From: the human T2T-CHM13v2.0 reference genome, Homo sapiens
Reading direction: 5' to 3' (one strand)
Assembly (NCBI RefSeq): GCF_009914755.1
Contig: NC_060934.1
Length of the DNA stretch: 64,000 nucleotides
Part shown: piece after piece, positions 1-13,979 of the stretch
Layout of the letters: every line of letters starts with the position of its first letter
Numbering within the stretch: position 1 is the first letter of the stretch
Program-made: the position numbers and the translations under genes
The notes under the pieces: generated by a model
Database searches by the model: none
Told to the model about the DNA's origin: nothing
The model's input: the letters and a program-made list of their open reading frames with translations, nothing else

Positions 1-2200
<2,200 letters not shown>

Positions 2201-2220
2201 GAAAACTAACCATAAAAATA

Positions 2221-2456
2221 AAACCTAGATCTTTCAGATGTGCAGTTTACAATAGGGTTTGTGTTCCTATGGAAATCTAATGCCACTGGTGATCTGACAG
2301 GAGGCAGAGCTCAGGCAGTAATGTGAATGATGGGGAGCAGTTGAAAATACAGATGAATCTTCGCTCACTCACCCACTGCTCACCTACTGCTGTGTGACCC
2401 GGTTTCTAACAGGCCAGAGACCAGTACTGGTCATGGCCTCGGTGCTGGGGACCCCA
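2221..2456 (+). mobile_element. MER1A-like hAT-Charlie DNA transposon fragment
   Basis: 'gatctgacaggaggcagagctcaggcagtaatg...gatggggagcag...aaatacagatgaa...ggggacccc' matches my recollection of the MER1A 3' half. Confidence 0.8.
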
Positions 2457-2459
2457 ATC

Positions 2460-3730
2460 TAGATTATTTCACTGACCAATTTGCCTGACCTTAGAGGAGG
2501 ATTAATTTTAATTTGGCTCCATAACCAGTAGGAGTGACACTTATAACCCTAGAAATCTGAGACTTGTTAAAAATCTTATCATTGACTGCTCTCACTCTCG
2601 TCATTGACTGCTCTCACTCTCAAGCAAGAGACCAAGAGATCACCAGTATGGTTTGTGGGTCTGTATAGCCAGATAAATCTGAAAATGTATTTTAGTCATA
2701 GGGAAGAGAGCATGGGTTTGCCAAAGTTGTCAGAACCCAAATAGAACCCAGTTGAAAAAGAAGGGCTTGGGTGTTCCCTTCTCATTCTCTGACTTTGCTT
2801 ATCCTCCTTGAGCAAAACCTATTCTGTCATGACACTCTAAAGGAGGGGTTTTATAGTGACACAGCCCACAAGGTACCACTAAGTTAGTTTACCAAGATTA
2901 CCTCATTCATCATGCAGGCAAATAATCCATGCCTCTAAATTCTCCTAGATCACACAGGAAAGCAATCCCAAAGGGCTCTCCATTCGTTTTATTTAAACCA
3001 TGAGTCTCAATCCCTTGCTGGGTCATAAGCTGTCTGTCATTGCCTGGTACCTCTTTAGAACTAAGAGCTGTTATTGATGCAAATCAGCTCGCAGGTTCTC
3101 TGAAAACTTTCAGTCTCATCTGCAGGGGACAATAGCAGTGGCCAAGGAATTGCTTCTCTAGCTTTCTCAGAGGCCGTCTGTTGGATCTCTAATTTGCCCC
3201 ACCAGGCATCTTTGCCTGAGAGTCTAGGCCTAAAGAGGAGGACCACTGGTGTCCCTCAGAACCAAAAAGCTTATGTAAACAATCCGCTAGCATTCTCTGA
3301 CAGTGCCCCATGGTGTTGGACAGCACTTTCTAAGACCCACTGATAGGGCTGGCAGAGTGCACCATGGGACAGTCAGACTCTTGCAAATGATCCACTAGTA
3401 TCCCCCAAGAGGTCTCAACTCTAGCATCTCCCACAAATGCCCTGGGGATCTGCATGCTTTTTGCTTTTCCAGAAAGGCATTGTGCTTAATTGACCACCCT
3501 GCTCACAGTCATTTGTTACCAGGGGAGCTGCCAAGTGTGAAGGTGGTCAATTAAGATAGCAAGCGAGATTGAAGGTAACAATTAAGCCTTTATTCACTTA
3601 CTGCAACAACATAAGCAAGAGTGTAAACATGGAAGGTCACTGACTCCATTAATGTTACATTTTCCCACAAAAAGACATTGGGCAAAGGTAGGATGTATCA
3701 GCATAGATGGGAGGGTAACTTCTCACTGTA
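2460..3730 (-). mobile_element. Degenerate ERVL-class provirus remnant (gag/leader/5' LTR end), array unit 1
   Basis: Colinear homology with 16050-17250, 20500-21130 and 6600-6795/13309-13510; minus-strand AATAAA ('ctttatt' ~3588) in the LTR-like part. Confidence 0.7.
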
Positions 3731-3759
3731 TGTACAGCCATGTGTACCATATCATAAAC

Positions 3760-3940
3760 TATATATATTCATCCACACATAGATACACATAATTATATAC
3801 CATAATTGATATTATACCATTGTTTCTGGTGTGTGTGTGTATATATATATAAATATATATATACATACACACATATACATGTATATATGCATGTGTGTAT
3901 ATATATACATATAACTGTGTGTGTGTGTATATATATATGT
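3760..3940. repeat. Compound (TA)n/(TG)n/(CA)n microsatellite
   Basis: Directly visible dinucleotide runs; explains the YIYIH-type spurious ORFs. Confidence 0.95.
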
Positions 3941-4289
3941 TCATTCAGCCAGTCTCCTGTGCTTAAAAATCTCAATGGTTTTGAATACTTTGCAATTACA
4001 AATAATGCTGTAATGAATGACCTTGAACATATGCATTTTCATTGTTTGGTCTATGATTATGTATTAACCTAAAGTATAAATAACTTAAGGAAAGTAGAGA
4101 CTAATATAAAACACATTTAATATCTAGGAATATTTATGAAATAATAATACATCTTCAACATACATTGAAACTTTTCTCACCATTTTCACGTCAGAGCTAG
4201 CATTAAGGTAGTTTACTTATAACTTTATAAGATGAAAGAAAATGTTGCTTCCACTTGTTATAAATTTGAACTCTAGGATTTCATAGTAG

Positions 4290-4478
<189 letters not shown>

Positions 4479-4719
4479 TAAGTAAATCTCAAAAGAACTT
4501 TTTTCTTTGGTTCATACTTACGTATTTGAGAACATATATTTTATTGATAATTTATACTCTGTAAATACTCTAACATAACTCAAGAAAGAAAACAAAGATA
4601 ATGATATGTTTTGGTTAGAATTTCTTGTCGTAATATTATTACACAACTTAATTTATGCTCTCAGTATCCATCTCAGGACAATAATAGGCCAATAATTGTC
4701 TCACAAAAGATGGGTACCT

Positions 4720-6795
4720 CTCATCTGCTGCTGGCCATTTATGGGCACCTCTGATCTGTTGTAGTCCCAGTCAGTAGGCAGAAGTATTGCCGAGATCTGT
4801 AACTGAAGCAACAAATGGAAATCAGAGAGGTACAAGGGCAGCCAGGGTGGCCAGTAGAAGGATTTCCAGGGTATCATGCTGGTCAAGGCCCCATTCAAAG
4901 GTAGTGGTCTTTATGGTAACCTGATAGAGGATGCTGTCTGATCTCTGTGGCTTGAATGTGAGCATGGCAGCAGATGAATGGTCCCATTTATTGCTCACAT
5001 TATTTTTACTTTTCGAGTCAGAGCTGGCCAAAAGCATCGACAATCATCATCTCTGGAATGGAGCACCATAGCCTTTACAGATTACACCATAGCCTTTACG
5101 GATTACACCCAGGAATTTCACTTGGGTTTTAGGTCCTTGTGCCTTTTCCAATGATAATGGCACAGTACATGCTGCACGTGGGTGAACAGAGCATCTGGTT
5201 CCTTTTGGGTAGTGTCCTTGTCTGAGCTCACTAGGATGATTTCATAAACAGTTCAGAAAGTTAATGCTTCTTCCAGGAGTGGAACTTTGTCCAGGTCATA
5301 ACCTATGCATTGATACAGATAGTTGGGGAATTTTGGAAGCCTTGTGGAAAGATATTAGTGGTTTATTGTAACCTATCCTACATAATTCTAACTAATCCTG
5401 ATCATCCTCTTGGAGAGGAATGCTGAAAGGACATTTGCTATGTCAATTGGTACATACCAAGTTCCTTCATCCTGGACAACAGCCTCTGTAACTGTCACAA
5501 TGTCAGGTTACCATTGGTGCCAAAGGTAGCACTTATGCTTTTTAGAACCCTTATCAGTACAGAGTTTAGGCACCTGAGGTCTTTCACATAGGCCAGATGA
5601 GTCTATTGAATACAGAAATAGTGTACAGATAGTTGGGTTCTTAAAGCTTGGCAATGAGGGAAATTATTCCCTTTTTTATCCCCAGAGTGTTAATACTGGT
5701 TTTGGTAGACATTGGTACTACGTGCCAGTAGTTTGGTAGGTCATGATCTTCCACATATCCCACGAAATACCTGGACTGCAGCAAATCCCATCAGGAGGTG
5801 GGTGTAAATGCTAGTGTTGGTTCATATAGAAAATGTATTTAACTAGTAATATATTCAGTAGTAGAGGCCATGACAATAGGGGTTTATAGTGGCCCAAAGG
5901 GATCTACCCCATAGTTGGTTTAGAAAGAGGTCCTGTTTGTGGTGACCTCAGATTAAAAACTAGAAAGAATTATTTGTTTCCTCCTCGTCCTCATGTCAGG
6001 GATTGTGAGGATCACAGTAATTTGTTGACCAGTATCCAAAAGGCCCAACAAATGTCATTTTTTCCCACCCCCACTTCAAACTTTGTCCTAGGTGTAGGTC
6101 CTCAGTTCCCCACTGGGGACCTAGGGACCTTGTACTAACCCCTAGTCATGCTTATTTGTGAAAGATGAGAGATCTGGGTAAAAGTAGGAAGGGTCTGTAT
6201 GTTAGATCCCACAATGTATCACTCTAAATTTCATAAGATTACTTCCTTCATCAAGGAAGCAAACTACTCAAGTCTCAAGATTCACTGAGAGGGTTAGAGA
6301 AAATAGCACTCATACTGTTCATAGTGGACATCACCATATGGACCTTAGTGCCTGGTGGGACCACCATGGCTCACTATCTATTGGGGGGCCCATCAATCCT
6401 ACTCCTTTGAGACCCTGTTGTTTGGTGACCAATCTCATAGATCTCCTCTAGAAGGCCATTGCCTGGATTGAGCAGCAGAGGGCACATGATTGCCATTTTT
6501 TTGCCACTCTTTCCATTGGCCAGTGTTTGCTATCTGGGCAGCAGCCACGTTTTCCATGCTCAAGATTTGGCAGTTAATATCTGGACTATATCTGATTGAC
6601 ATGACCTTAGGAGGAGGTTTGATAACCAGCAGAATTGAAATAACTGAATCTAGAAATCTGAGTCTGGTCAACAATCTTATCATCTGTTCTTTTCACTCTC
6701 ACTGTGCAACCAAGGGACTATCAGCGTGGCTGGCCAGGATACTGTAAGAAGCCCTTTGTTGGTTCTCTAATTTGAACCACTGTGGGAGTTTGGTT
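4720..6795 (-). mobile_element. Degenerate ERVL-class internal region (pol-pro-gag), array unit 2, left part
   Basis: Minus strand ~6010-6055 reads TFVGLLDTGQQITVI (aspartyl protease motif); ~5420-5460 reads WYVPIDIANV (RT DLANAF-like); homologous to 13980-16160. Confidence 0.75.
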
Positions 6796-6811
6796 AGAAA
6801 ACTGGGGGCTA

Positions 6812-9800
6812 TATTCCCAGGCAAGATGGCCAAATAGGAACAGCTCCAGTCTGCAGCTCCCAGTGATACCAATGCAGAAGGTGGGTGGTTTCTGCATTTC
6901 TAACTGAGGTACTCGGTTCGTCTCATTGGGACTGGTTAGAAAGTGGGTGCAGCTCAAGGAGGGCGAGCAGAAGCAGGGTGGGGCATTGCCTCACCCAGGA
7001 AGTGCAAGGGGTCAGGGAACTCCTTCCCCTAGCCAAGGGAAGCCGTGAGGGACTGTGCCATGAGGGACAGTGCCATCTGGCCCAGATACTATGCTTTTCC
7101 CACAGTCTTCGCATCACGCAGACCAGGAGATTCCTTTGGGTGCCTACACCACCAGGGCCCTAGGTTTCAAGCACAAAACTGGGCAGCTGTTTGGGCAGAC
7201 ACCAAGCTAGTTGCAGGAGTTTTTTTCATAACCCAGTGGCACATGGAATGCCAGTGAGACAGAACCATTCGCTCCCCTGGAAAGGGGGCTGAAGCCAGGG
7301 AGCTGAGTGGTCTTCCTCAGTGGATCCCACCCTCACAGAGCCCAACTGAGATCCACTGGCTTGAAATTCTCGCAGCCAGCACAGCAGTCTGAAGTCAACC
7401 TGGGATGCTCAAGCTTGGTGGGGGGAGGGGTGTCGCCATTACTGAGGCTTGAGTAGGTGGTTTTCCCCTCACAGTGTAAACAAAGCTGCTGGGAAGTTCG
7501 AATTCGGTGCAGAACCCACCACGGAGCAGCAAAGCCACTGTAGCCAGGCTGTCTTTCTAGATTCCTCCTCTCTGGGCAGGGCATCTCTGAAAGAAAGGCA
7601 GTAGCCCCAGCCAGGGGCTTATAGATAAAACTCCCATCTCCCTGGGACAGAGCATCTGGGGGAAGGGGTGGCTGTGGGCGCAGCTTCAGCAAACTTAAAT
7701 GTTCCTGACTGCTGGCTTTGAAGAGAGCAGCAGATCTCCCACACAGTGCTCAAGCTCTGCTAAGGGACAGACTGCCTCCTCAAGTGGGTCCCTGACCCCA
7801 GTGCCTCCTGATTGGGAGACACCTCCCAGCAGGGGTCAACAGACACCTCATACAGGAGAGCTCCAGCTGGCATCTGGCCGGTGCCCCTCTGGGACAAAGC
7901 TTCCAGAGGAAAGAGCAGGCAGCAATCTTTACTGTTCTGCAGCCTCCGCTGGTGATACCCAGGCAAACAGGGTATGGAGTGGACCTCCAGCAAATTCCAG
8001 CAGACCTGCAGAAGAGGGGCCGGACTGTTAGAAGGAAAACTAACAAACAGAAAGCAATAGTATCAACATCAACAAAAAGGAAACCCACGCAAAAACCCCA
8101 TCTGAGGGTCACCAACATCAAAGACCAAAGGTAGATAAATCCATGAAGATGAGTAAAAACCAGTGCAAAAAGGCTGAAAATTCCAAATGCCAGAATGCCT
8201 CTTCTCCTCCAAAGGATCACAACTCCTCGTCAGCAAGGGAATAAAACAGGAGAGAGAATGAGTTTGACAAGCTGACAGAAGTAGGCTTCAGGAGGTGGGT
8301 AATAACAAACTCCTCTGAGCTAAAGGAGCATGTTCTAACCCAATGCAAGGAAGCTAAGAACCTTGGTAAAATGTCACAGGAACTGCTAACTAGAATAACC
8401 AGTTTAGAGAAGAACATAAATGACCCGATGGAGCTGAAAAACACAGCACGAGAACTTTGTGAAGCATACACAAGTATCAATAGATGAATCAATCAAGTGG
8501 AAGAAAGGATATCCAAGATTGAAGATCAACTTAATGAAATAAAGCATGAAGACAAGATTAGAGAAAACAGGATGAAAAGGAACTAAGAAAGCCTCTAAGA
8601 TATATGGGACTATGTGAAAAGACCAAACTTAACGATTCACTGGTGTACCTGAAAGAGACGGGGAGAATGAAACCAAGTTGGAAAACATGCTGCAGGATAT
8701 TATCCAGGAGAACTTCCCCAAAATAGCAAGACAGGCCAATATTCAAATTCAGGAAATACAGAGAACACCACAAAGATACTCCCCGAGTAGAGCAACCCCA
8801 AGACACATAATTATCAGATTTACCAAGGTTGAAATGAAGGAAAAAATGTTAAGGGCAGCCAGAGAGAAAGGTCAGGTTACCCACAAAGGGAAGCCCATCA
8901 GACTAACAGCAGATCTCTCTGCAGAAGCCCTACAAACCAGAAGGGAGTGGGGGCCAATATTCAACATTCTTAAAGAATTTTCAACCCAGAATTTCATATC
9001 CAGCCAAACTAAGCTTCATAAGCAAAGGAGAAACAAAATCCATTACAGACAAGCAAATGCTGAGAGAGAATTTTCACCACAGGCCTGCCTTACAAGAGCT
9101 CCTGAAGGAAGCACTAAATATGGAAAGGAAAAACTGGTAGCAGCCACTGCAAAAACATACCAAAATATGAAGACCAGTGACATTGTGAAGAAACTGCATC
9201 AACTAATGTGCAAAATAGCCAGTTAACATCATGATGACAGGATCAAATTCACACATAACAATCTTAACCTTAAATGTAAATGAGAAAATGCCTCAATTAA
9301 AAGACACAGACTGGCAAATTGGATAAAGAGTGAATACCCATTGGTGTGCTGTATTCAGGAGATCCAATTCATATGCAGAGACACACATAGCCTCAAAATA
9401 ATGGGATGGAGGAATATTTACCAAGCAAATGGAAAACAGAAAAACCCAGGGGTTGCAATCCTAGTCTCTAATAAAACAGATTTTAAACAAACAAAGATCA
9501 AAAAAGACAACGAAGAGCATTACATAATGGCAAAGGGATCAATGCAACAAGAAGAGCTAACTATCCTAAATATATATGCTCCCAATACAGGAGCACCCAG
9601 ATTCATAAAGAACGTTCTTAGAGACTTAGACTCCCACACAATAATAGTGGGATACTTTAACATCCCACTGTCAATATTAGATCAATGAGACAGAAAATTA
9701 ACAAGGATATTCAGGACTTGAACTCAGCTCTGCACCAAGTGGACCTAATAGACATCTACAGAACTCTCCACCCCAAATCAACAGAATATACACTCTTCTC

Positions 9801-12800
9801 AGCACCACGTCGCACTTATTCTAAAATTGACCACATAATTGGAAGCAAGTTATAACTCCTCAGCAAATGCAAAAGAATGGAAATCGTAACAATCTCTCAG
9901 ACCACAGTGCAATCAAAGTAAAACTCAGGATTAAGAAATTCACTCAAAATCAGACAACTACATGGAAACTGAACAACCTGCTCCTGAATGACTACTGGGT
10001 AAATAACGAAATGAAGGCAGAAATAAGTGAATTCTTTGAAACCAATGAGAACAAAGACACAATGTACAAGAATCTCTGGAACACATTTAAAGCAGTGTGT
10101 AGAGATAAATTTATAGCACTAAATGCCCACATGAGAAAGTGGGAAAGACCTAAAATCCGTACCCTAACATCACAATTAAAATAACTAGAGAAGGATGAGC
10201 AAATTCAAAAGCTTGCAGAAGGCAAGAAATAACTAAAATCAGAGCAGAACTGAAGGAGAGAGAGACATGAAAAACCCTTCAAAAATAAATGAATTCAGGA
10301 GCTGTTTTTTTGAAAAATTTAACAAAATAGATAGACCACGAGCCAGACTAATAAAGAGGAAACGAGAGAAGAATCAAATAGACACAATAAAAAATGATAA
10401 AGGGGATATCACCCCTGATCCCACAGAAATACAAACTACCATCAGAGAATACCGTAAACACCTTTATGAAAATAAACTAGAAAATCTAGAAGAAATGGTT
10501 AAATTCCTGGACACATACAGCTTTCCCAAGACTAAACCAGGAAGAAGTTGAATCCCTGAATAGACCAATAAGAAGTTCTGAAATTGAAGCAGTAATTAAT
10601 AGCCTACCAAAAAAAAAAAAAAAAGCCCAGGGCCAGACAGATTCACAGCTAAATTCTACCAGAGGTATAATCAGGAGCTGGTACCATTTCTTCTGAAACT
10701 ATTCCAAACAATAGAGAAAGAGGGAATCTTCCCTACTCATTTTATGAGACCAGCAGCATCCTGATACCAAAATCTGGCAGAGACACAAAAACAACAACAA
10801 AAATTCAGGCCAATATCCCTGATGAACATCGATGCGAAAATTTTAAATAAAATACTGGCAAACAGAATCCAGCTGCACGTTAAAAAGCTTATCCACCACG
10901 ATCAGGTCAGCTTCATCCCTGGGATGCAAGACTGGTTCAACATATGCAAATCAATAAATGCCATCAGTCACATAAACAGAACCAATGACAAAAACCACAT
11001 GATTATCTCAATAGATGCAGAAAAGGCCTTTGAGAAAATTCATGGTAAAAACACTCAATAAACTAGGTAATGATGGGATGTATCTCAAAATAATAAGAGC
11101 TATTTATGACAAACCTACAGCCAATATCATACTGAGTGGGCAACAGCTGGAAGCATTCCCTTTGAAAACCGGCACAAGACAAGGATGCCCTCTCTCACCA
11201 CTCCTATTCAACATAGTATTGGAAGTTCTGGCCAGGGCAATTAGGGAAGAGAAAAAAATAAAAGATATTCAAATAGGATGAGAGGAAGTCAAATTGTCTC
11301 TGTTTGCAGATGACATAATTGCACATTTAGAAAACCCCATTGTCTCAGCCCAAAATCTCCTTAAGCTGATAAGCAACTTCAGCAAAGTCCCAGGATACAA
11401 AATTAATGTGCAAAAATCACAAGCATTCCTATACACCAATAATAGACAAACAGAGAGCCAACTCATGAGTGAACTCCCATTCACAATTGCTACAAAGAAA
11501 ATAAAATACCTAGGAATACAGCTTATGAGGGATGTAAAGGACCTCTTCAAGGAAAGCTACAAACCACTGCTCAAGGAAGTAAGAGAAGAGATAAACCAAT
11601 GGATAAACATTCCATGCTCATGGATAGGAATAATCAAGATCGTGAAAATGGCCATACTACCCAAAATAATTTATAGATTCAATGCTATTCCCATCAAGCT
11701 ATCATTGACTTTCTTCACAGAATTGGAAAAAACTACTTTAAGTTTCATATGGAACCAAAAAAAGAGCCTGTATAGTCAAGACAATCCTAAGCAAAAAGAA
11801 CAAAGCTGGAGGCATCACACTACCTGACTCCAAACTATACTACAAGGCTACAGTAACCAAAACAGCATGGTACTGGTACCAAAACAGATATATAGACCAA
11901 TGGAACAGAACAGAGGACTCAGAAATAATGTTACGCATGTAGAACCAACTGATCTTTGACAAACCTGACAAAAACAAGCAACGGAGAAAGGATTCCCTAT
12001 TTAATAAATGGTGTTGGGAAAAGTGGCTAGCCATATGTAGAAAACTGAAACTGGACCCCTTCCTTACATCTTATACAAACATTAACTCAAGATGGATTAA
12101 AGACTTAAGACCTAAAACCATAAAAACCCTAGAAGAAAACCTAGGCAATACCATTCAGGACATAGGCAAGGGCAAAGACTTCATGACTAAACACCAAAGG
12201 CAATTGCAATAAAAGCCAAAATTGACAAATGAGATCTAATTAAACTAAAGAGCTTCTGCACAGCAAAAATATCATCAGCATGAACAGGCAACCTATAGAA
12301 TGGGAGAAAATTTTTGCAATCTATCCATCTGACAAAGGACTAATATCCAGAATCTACAAGGAACTTAAACAAATTTACAAGAAAAAAACAAACAACCTAA
12401 TCAAAAAGTGGGTGAAGGATATGAACAGGCACTTTTCAAAAGAAGACATTTATGCAGCCAACAAACATGAAAAAAAGCTCATCATCACTGGTCATTAGAG
12501 AAATGCAATTCAAAACCACAATGAGATACCATCTCACATCAATTAGAATGGTGATCATTAAAAAGTCAGGAAACATCAGATGCTGGAGAGGATGTGGAGA
12601 AATAGGAATGGTTTTACACTGTTGATGGGAGTGTAAATTAGTTCAACCATTGTGGAAGACAGTGTGGCAATTCCTCAGGGATCTAGAACTAGAAATACCA
12701 TTTGACCCAGCAATCCCATTACTTGGTATATACCCAAACGATTATAAATTATATACCCAAACGATTATAAATTATTATACTATAAAGACACATGCACACG

Positions 12801-13292
12801 TATGTTTATTGCAGCACTATTCACAATAGCAAAGACTTGGAACCAACCCAAATGCCCATCAATGATAGACTGGATAAAGAAAACATGGCACATATACACC
12901 ATGGAATACTATGCAGCCATAAAAAAGGATGAGTTCATGTCCTTTGCAGGGACATGGATGAAGCTGGAAACCATCATTCTCAGCAAACTAACACAGCAAA
13001 CTAACAACACACAGCAACTAATACACAGCCAACTAACCAAACACCGCATGTTCTCTCTCATAAGTGGGAGTTGAACAATGAGAACATATGGGCACAGGGA
13101 GTGGAACATCACACACTGGGGCCTGTTGGGGGGTAGGGGGTCAAGGGGAGGGATAGCATTAGGAGAAATACCTAACGTAGATGATGGGTTGATGGGTGCA
13201 GCAAACCACCATGGCACATGTATACCTATGTAACAAGCCTGCATGTTCTGCACATGTATCCCAGAACTTAAACTATAATTATAATTTAAAAA
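6812..13292 (+). mobile_element. Full-length LINE-1 (L1PA7/8-like), inactive
   Basis: 5'UTR 'ggcaagatggccaaataggaacagctcc'; ORF1 from ~8149 and ORF2 from ~9234, both disrupted; 16-bp TSD agaaaactgggggcta (6796-6811) / agacaactgggggcta (13293-13308). Confidence 0.97.
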
Positions 13293-13308
13293 AGACAACT
13301 GGGGGCTA

Positions 13309-13520
13309 AGGGAAGGATAACGATTCCCCTAAGAACATAGAATCTTATGTAAACATCCCTTAGAACTCTCTCAGAGCTGTTTGTGGCATTCAGTGCACTT
13401 TCTGAGACCCATTGGCATAGTTGATGACCCTCAGACTCTTGCAGATTATCTGTGTGCACTACCTAAAAGTGCCCCAGAGGCTTTTCAGTATCTCCCCAAA
13501 ATGCTCAGTAGTAGCTTCAG
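13309..13520 (-). mobile_element. ERVL remnant, continuation of unit 2 after the L1 insertion
   Basis: Aligns by eye to 3240-3450 and 16795-17000 ('cttatgtaaaca', 'cactttctgagaccca', 'cagactcttgca'). Confidence 0.7.
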
Positions 13521-13527
13521 GAATTTT

Positions 13528-13816
13528 GGTTTATGATTGTATAATCCCAGCACTTTGGGAGACCGAAGTGGGTATATTGCTTGAGCTCAGGAGTTCAAGA
13601 CCAGCCTGGGCAACATGGCAAAACCCTGTGTCTACAAAAAAATGCAAAAATTAGCCATGCGTAGTGGCTCATGCCTATAGTCCCAGCTACTTGCGGGTGC
13701 TGAAATGGAGGATAGCTTGAGCCCAGGAGGTTGAGGCTATAGTGAGCTGTGTTCACACAACTGTGCTCCATTCTGGGGGACAAAGTGAAACCCTGTCTCC
13801 AAAAGAAAAAAAAAAG
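13528..13816 (+). mobile_element. AluJ, slightly 5'-truncated
   Basis: Dimeric Alu with 'gcttgagcccaggaggttgaggct' J-type positions and a poly(A) tail. Confidence 0.92.
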
Positions 13817-13979
13817 ATATTTTATACTGTGAACTAATATGTAAATACCCCAAGATAACTTAAAAAATAGCCCAGAATTGGTGAACTTTGGTTGAACTTT
13901 ATAACACTATTTTATGGCTATGAGTCATAGACTCAGTATCCACCAATGTCCAATAACAGGCCAAAATTTGTCTCATGAA

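Noticed and set aside
3759-4072. ORFs rich in Y/I/H/V/C
   Set aside because: Translation of a TA/TG microsatellite.
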